Origin: Octopus vulgaris
Lineage: Eukaryota
Assembly (NCBI GenBank): GCA_951406725.2
Contig: OX597820.1
Location: 28,458,001 to 28,522,000 of the forward strand
Reading direction: 5' to 3'
Length of the DNA stretch: 64,000 nt
Under the pieces are notes generated by a model. It made no database searches. It saw only the letters and a program-made list of their open reading frames with translations, and had not been told where the DNA came from. Shown here in pieces: positions 56,701 to 64,000 of the stretch. Each line of letters begins with the position of its first letter. Position 1 is the stretch's first letter. The position numbers were made by a program, and so were the translations under genes.

Positions 56701-57529
56701 CAGTTTGATGGTGTATCTATTAAAGATTGCATTTTACCTATTTCTAAAGGGAAATACCTATAGAATAGTATGTAGGAATTATTCGTTAAATCTGTGTCTT
56801 TGCTTTGTCCGAATAGTGGATTGTACCATGAAATGTTTTCCATAAGTAACTCTTCCCTTCCCGTTCTATCTTCATACGTTAAATTTAAAGCACTGCCGAG
56901 TTCATCTGTATTATTGACAGTTGAAATACTATTACGTTAAGGTAGGTAGGCCATGGTGACATTCATCTTACTACCAGAGATCAGTCCATCATGGTTAACG
57001 CACATACATATATGTATGTGTGTATATGTATATATTTCCTTTTGGGGATTTGGTTTGCCCGATTTTCTATGTGAGTTCGTGTGTTGAAGCATATTTTGTT
57101 GTGTCTGGGGAGAGTCATTCTCTTTCAATGCCTTATTATTTAACACACTCACCGGTTCAGTTTCCACTCATTTATTTCTTTATTTTTCTAAAATTTACAA
57201 TGTGCCTTGCAACACTTTCAATAGTCGTTCTCTAAGCTGCATTCGTTTTGTTTGTGCGCACATGTGTGGGTCCTTGTGAGTAGGCATACACATATGTATG
57301 TATGTGTGTGTGTATGCATATATATATATATATATATGTATGCATGTGTGTACGTTTGTATGCATGTATTCTGCATATTCTTGTGATTGTGTGTTCATGT
57401 TTGTGTATTTTTGTGCGTGTGTGTACCTCTGACTCATTGTGTGTGCATATCTGAGTGTGTCTATGTATGTGTTTTTGTAACTCTGGACGTGCATCTATTA
57501 TGTATGGTTGTGTGTCTCCATATGTGTCA

Positions 57530-57830
57530 TTGTGTGAAGTGTTACGAACATGGTTGCTCAATTTGTTACGAATATGGTTGCTCAATTTCATACTGGAGAC
57601 AGTACGCAAGAATCACATACGAAGAGACAGTACGCAAGCATCTCATACGAAAAACGTCAAGCTGGTTAATATGCTCTCGGTATGTGATCCCAAAATCAGC
57701 ACCATAAAAGAACGATGACAAAACCACCAACTTATATATATCGGTTCTCACTTACAACGACAAGTCGTGGCTCATCCAGAGCCAATGGTAAAGCTTACTG
57801 AAAGTGGATCTATCCTTTCCTTGAGTTATA
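57530..57830 (-). mobile_element. RTE-clade LINE fragment, same family as 53637-54480
   Basis: IYKLVVLSSFFYGADFGITYREHINQLDVFRMRCLRTVSS, with small local tandem duplications. Confidence 0.8.
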
Positions 57831-58731
57831 TCTATACATACTTGCATACATAGATAGACAGACAGGCAGACAGACAGATGCATACACACATACATACATA
57901 AATATATACATACACAATTACGTACGTAAAACTTATATACATACATGCATGCGTATATACATACATACACACATACAAATTTACATACATGCACATGCAT
58001 ATACGCATAAATACAACCATATATATACATACATACATACATATATAATATATATATATACATCTATATTTAGAAGAAACATACATATATACAACTATAC
58101 ATACATTCAAACATACAGAAAGAGACGAGACATATACAATTATATGACTGATCATGCGTTTCACAACAACAGAACATATATTATACTTCTCTTTAATGAT
58201 GAGAAACATTATTCAGAGTCAAATGTGAGGACATCTCGTCTATTGAATAGTTTAGCGATCTACAAATTAAATGTATGCTAAAAATTTAACGACAGTGAAT
58301 GGGTGCGCACTTGAATAGTATTAAATATTCTAGAACAGCATGGCTGTTTTACAACACCAACTCACCATATGAATTCTTTCTATTCACATCTGATATATAT
58401 GCTATCTCTGTATTTCTCTTTGTACTACGTATCCATCGATCTCCTCTTTTCGCTTAAATCGTCTATCCATGCGTGTATAAATACGTATGTGTTTGTCTGT
58501 GTGTGTGTATGTATGTGTTTGTTAATACATGAGTATTCTCTTACGCATGTGTTTAATAACTCACTTCGTTCTCCTATACATATTTATATATTTACACCTA
58601 AACTTGTATATATAAATATTGATATAGCTCGTTATAGAAGGACAGTGTAAAGACGGACATGTTCATGTTCGTACTCACATTCAAACGCATATATGTGTAT
58701 ATGCTGGCATGTATTTACATATATGTATGTA

Positions 58732-58809
<78 letters not shown>

Positions 58810-58816
58810 TATATAC

Positions 58817-58855
<39 letters not shown>

Positions 58856-59331
58856 AACACACTAACACACACATATATATATATGTATGTATATATATAT
58901 ATATACATATATATATCCATATGCTGACGTACACACACTCATGAATACACATAAATATATACGTACGTACGTAGGTATTTAGTTATATAGTCTGAAACAA
59001 AATATAATATCGATTTCTAGAAATTTCCTTTATAATATAACAACATGGTTGTGTAAATTAACTGCTGGTTTTGGAATATAATCAGAAGTTTGGTGAAGTT
59101 ATAAATCGAGCTGTGTGTCTGCATTAGGCACTGTCGGATACATAGACGTATGTCTATAGACACGAATGATTAGAGCTCTTGTTTTGAAAGCTTTGCGGGC
59201 GTAATGGAAAAATCAATTTAATATTCGCATCGAGATCTACATAGTGGTTTGTAAGTACGCGTACGTATGCGTGCATATGTGGGTGAGAATGAATGCGTAC
59301 GTACATGTGTATAGTCACGTATATACATATA

Positions 59332-59370
<39 letters not shown>

Positions 59371-59499
59371 GTGTAAGTATGTGTGCGAATGTAGGAGAAT
59401 GTGTGTACAGGCATACATGCTGTGAGAAGTATTTAAGGAATGTTTGGAAACATATTAAGACTCGAATCATGCAAAAACGAAATGTATTTTCATTAAAAT

Positions 59500-60050
59500 T
59501 TGCGCACATATTCTCCATAAACTTCCCTATAAAATTCTTCCTTGAATCTGCGTTCATCATGTATGACTGCTTCAAAGCAGGACAAGATATTTTGAAATAC
59601 CTGCACACAAAGACGGCCTTCATGGTTTAAGATGGATTGCAGTTACTCTCCTTCACTACTACACTCCAAGCATCGTAGACTATGGGAGCGCGGAGGCAAC
59701 AATTTGGTATTACAGAATCGTAAACGTTGTCTGACATCCATACTTGGTTTACGTGAGCTTTGTGCGAAGGTATTGTGTCTTGTTGAAACACGTATGCCTT
59801 TCTGCTGCGTAGTTTGTCCATTCGGGGCATAAAGAATCGAGTACCTTAAAGCTATTAATTCTAAGTCCCTGTCGAAGCATGTGAAGTGGCATAACATAAC
59901 CATTTGTTATTCACAACTCCTAAACTCATCAATGTTGCTGGAAATTTAGTGTACATCACGGTGGGAAAAAGAGAAGGGTCTGCACACATCTGTCTGTCAT
60001 TTACGTAGCTAGACTTTTTATCATCAAAGAACAACCAAAGGATGCCATGG
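59500..60050 (-). mobile_element. Degenerate Tc1/mariner-superfamily transposase (maT/DD37D-like)
   Basis: FFDDK, NDR..ADP...VMYTKFPATLMSLGVV, VMP.H...GLRIN, YVFQQDTIPSHKA...QVW, AWSVVVKESN. Confidence 0.75.
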
Positions 60051-60594
60051 TCGTGAGAGATTTTAATGTTGGGTGCAGGCCAAAAGGCATTCCCGTGTCT
60101 CGTGTCTATGCAGATATTGTCTTCTCCTCACAACACACTGTCTATAGTATGTCTTCCTGCTCCACAGTTCTGATATATACAACGACTCCTTGGCGATCAT
60201 CTTTATTAATTTTCCGGGATCGTTCTTGACAATGTTTCAAAGAAATTGAAGTATCCATATAGTTTTTGATCTTTCGAAATTATCTTTTTGTTCTATTTGA
60301 TACCTTTGAATCATACTTGACAGGGTCCTCTAAGTCCATCTAGAATTTGTGTTCAAGAGGTCCTGCAACAGTTATGAAGTCGACAATTACTAAATGTTCC
60401 GCATATATGGCAAGAATGACAGCATGTTTTTTTTCCATTTCAAATATGTTAGCATTTCATTTTGTCATGGAGCATATGAAAAAAGTTTTTTTTTAATCTT
60501 TTAATTGGCTTCAGTAGTGAAGTATATCGAAACTTTAGTGCCTTCAAATATCATTGGACTCTAAATATCAATACAAACGCAAGCATACGTACAA

Positions 60595-60638
<44 letters not shown>

Positions 60639-60821
60639 ACACTCACACACAGATACAAGAAGGAAAGGCATTGAATTATTTTCAATATTAGGTCCGGTTG
60701 ATTTTGCATAGAGTTCAAATCTGGCCTAGGTCAACTTTGCAATTCATTTTCGTGCGTAGTTATATAAGGTCCAGTCCATTCGTGTCTTGTTATTGTTTTT
60801 CACATTCCCTTCATTCCTCTT

Positions 60822-60874
<53 letters not shown>

Positions 60875-61059
60875 CTCTCTCTCTCTCTTTATCTCTCTCT
60901 CCTCCTCCCTTGTCATTTTCAGTCTATCTATCTCTTTTTGAAAAAAAATGTGCCATATCTTATAATATCCAAGTTACACCGCATATTATGTCATGTTACT
61001 TACGTTGGCAAAAATATATCCAGGCAATACATACATACATATATACACACATACTTACA

Positions 61060-61250
<191 letters not shown>

Positions 61251-61499
61251 CAAAGCTGCACATGTGTCAGTTTCTTATGGCGGTTTCAAGTGGATCCATT
61301 TCATTGATTAATGAAAACTTTACATCAATTTGAAAGTAACTGTTCTCGCCAGATGAGCGCATAGACTTCAAACATAAAGAATAAACTATTTTTTAAACAA
61401 ATTTACATCCAATAATGGAAGCCAAAATAATTACATTTTTTCCTTTTGTTATGACTGCGGCAGTCATAACAATAATGCATACCTTGTGAAGCCTTCTAT

Positions 61500-62950
61500 G
61501 ATTTAGAGAATAGCAGAGGGAACAGTGGGGAGGGTCAAGATAAAAATAATGGAGACATAGTTACTTATATTTAGAAGACTTTATGTAGTGTGTAGTCTTC
61601 AACCATTTAGACTTAACTCCATTGAGAAATGTCAACTATGTTCTAGTTAATGATAATAAAACAATTAATGTCAAACAATCTGCTTAACTCCTAATATACT
61701 GGAAACATACATCTAGTTTTGTCTACATAAAAGGGTTAGTTGTAAGGTTGGTAGTAAGAAAACGTCTGATGGGGAAGGGGTGGTAGCTGGAAGAAAGAAG
61801 GATAGGGGTGGCCAATATTTATTTAGATTACAAAATAAAGCGGAAAACGAAGGAAAACCAAAAGGGATGAGAAATATAAACTTTAGGGGTGGAAATTAGA
61901 ATTGAAGGATACGGGAAGAAGTAATTTATAACTTAGCAAATTTTTAATATTAAATTGAAACAAAAATATATTAATATATAGAATAAGGATAGAAATTCAA
62001 CTTAAAACTCCATAATGGGATAACTTAATATATAAAAATTATTAAGAATATTCTAAGCATATGGTTTAGAAGGGTGGATATATATATAAATGTGTGTGTG
62101 TTTGTGTGTGTGTATGTATGTACATGTATGCATATGCGTGTGTGCGTGTGCGCGTGTGTGTGAGTATACATGAGCGTACATTAAGGCCTATTTTTATGTT
62201 CAAATAGAAACAATTTTATATTAAACAAAAGTTTTAGCCAGTAATTTTGCTGCATTATAGTCCGATATTGGTAGAGACTTCGAAGATTTAACAAGCTAAC
62301 CTATCATTGGACTGTGATATAGTCTCTGTTAAGTTAGAATTTTCTAGTGTACATTGAGCTCAATTGGATGATAACTGTGTTGTAGCGTAAATTCTGGTAG
62401 TTAATATTTTATGGAATATTTTTATTGATTAAATTTGAGGTTGTGTTATTATTCAGAATTTATTCACGCAATATGACTTTGTAATTAGGTTTACTATTTA
62501 AGGGTGTCAGCTTGAGATGATGATGAGAGTGTGTTTTAGGGATTCGCAAAAGAATGCAAGCAGTTGAAAGGATCTGTTGATCAGCAAATGTGTCACTAGG
62601 TTTAGGTGCTTGTTTTATTTAGATGCTAGTGGGGAATATAACCTTTTACTTTGAGAATATGAAAGTTAAAATTCTGATTTCAGTCCAGCATTTAAACCTT
62701 TTTAATTAGGTCTGTCACCTTTTAGTTATAGGAATTTCCAAAGGGCCGCATGAGAATTATGTTCCTGGTAAATTTTTAGTTGGTGACCGAGCTTCTTGTT
62801 GATGTTATTGAGGATATTTTACCAGTTTGTATTGGGAATGTGGAGTATTATAATTTTAAGTATATCATAGTGTTGCTAGTGGAGAAATTTGTTTGTAATG
62901 TGTTTTAATGTTCACAACAGGATTTAGGTAGCTGTAAAAGTTGTCGATCA
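61500..62950. mobile_element. Possible very old PLE remnants (GIY-YIG-like on + at 61.5-62.05 kb; RT-like on - at 62.2-62.95 kb)
   Basis: Only scattered motifs: YWKHTSSF, KYKL, LNNINKKLGHQLKIYQ. Confidence 0.25.
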
Positions 62951-63130
62951 ACATATATCTCCCTCGGTGTTTATTCTTATACAAAGTTAGTTAATTACTC
63001 TTTTCAAATTTTAACCTTTCTGTTTGAGGGACGTGAATTCTTTGTGCTAATTTCATAAATGTCTTCAATTCGGCTCCAAGAGTAGGAATTTCTTTTATAT
63101 TGTATTCTTTTTTCGCCAAAGATATATATA

Positions 63131-63178
<48 letters not shown>

Positions 63179-63953
63179 TCGTGCGGGTGGTGTAGTTTCG
63201 TATGGGTTATATGATTTATTTATATCTCTTTATTCTTTTGACATTGAATTAGTTTTGTAGTTTACAAAGTTCTGCATGTTTATTTATTTACCAAATTATG
63301 TCTGTCTTCGATAGTACTAATCGCATTAATTTAGAACAAGGCGTTGATACAAAGCAGAATTATTGATTCAGTAACAAGATGTGCCGATAGATTGTATAAA
63401 AATAACTTTATATACAAGCTAATTATTCATTCCACCGGCAATCTGGGTGTCTCATTCTTTTTTGTGTTATTTTTTGAACAACATTATTTTCTTTCTTGTA
63501 TCTATAGCAGGAACCTACAGTACATGTTTTCACCTTGTTATTGAGAAATTTGACACCTGCCAATCATATTGTCTACGTCGTTTCTTTTGCCTGTCTACGA
63601 AATCATAAGAAATTTAAAATGTATAATACCTAAAACAATGTAACAGTAACATATTTCGCCCTGTAATCTTGAATATTTATACAAAAAATAAGTTTACTCG
63701 TGCACAAGTACATAAATCTATATATATGAGTACGCCTCTGTGTCTGTGTCTGTGTGTCCGCGCGCATTAATATTTGTGTGTATCTGTGTGTATCTATATA
63801 TATTTTTATATATGTATGTATATATATATATACATACATATATAAAAATATATATATATATATATATATACATACATACTAATATACTTGCTTGTTGTAC
63901 ATACACGTGTCATCGTCGTTTCTTTATAAATTCCAACTATATACACACATACG

Positions 63954-64000
<47 letters not shown>

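Overview
AT-rich, microsatellite-saturated eukaryotic DNA with no recognisable host protein-coding exon. It is intergenic or deep intronic. The SINE families and repeat density suggest an octopus (coleoid cephalopod); this is recall and inference, not a search result. Nearly all ORFs in the supplied track are translations of microsatellites or SINEs. The real content is a layered mobilome: (1) three groups of tRNA-derived SINEs in about 30 copies; (2) fragments of CR1/L2-like, RTE-like, Tx1-like and R4/Dong-like (restriction-like endonuclease) LINEs; (3) several degenerate Penelope-like element (PLE) RT and GIY-YIG remnants; (4) mariner, maT and Tc2-type DNA transposon relics and MITEs. Main observations: about 13 type I hammerhead ribozyme motifs (about 9 with a complete core) from at least 6 unrelated short elements, mostly in or beside (TA)n tracts; a 173-bp near-perfect palindrome with a hammerhead on each arm; a GGTG...ACCCT motif shared by four termini; a structured 360-bp tandem-plus-foldback element with no recognisable ribozyme; one SINE copy with a strong sense-strand A-to-G excess suggesting ADAR-edited RNA written back into the genome; and a Tx1-like LINE inserted in a (TAGA)n tract. 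All alignments and folds were done by eye, so boundaries are approximate.
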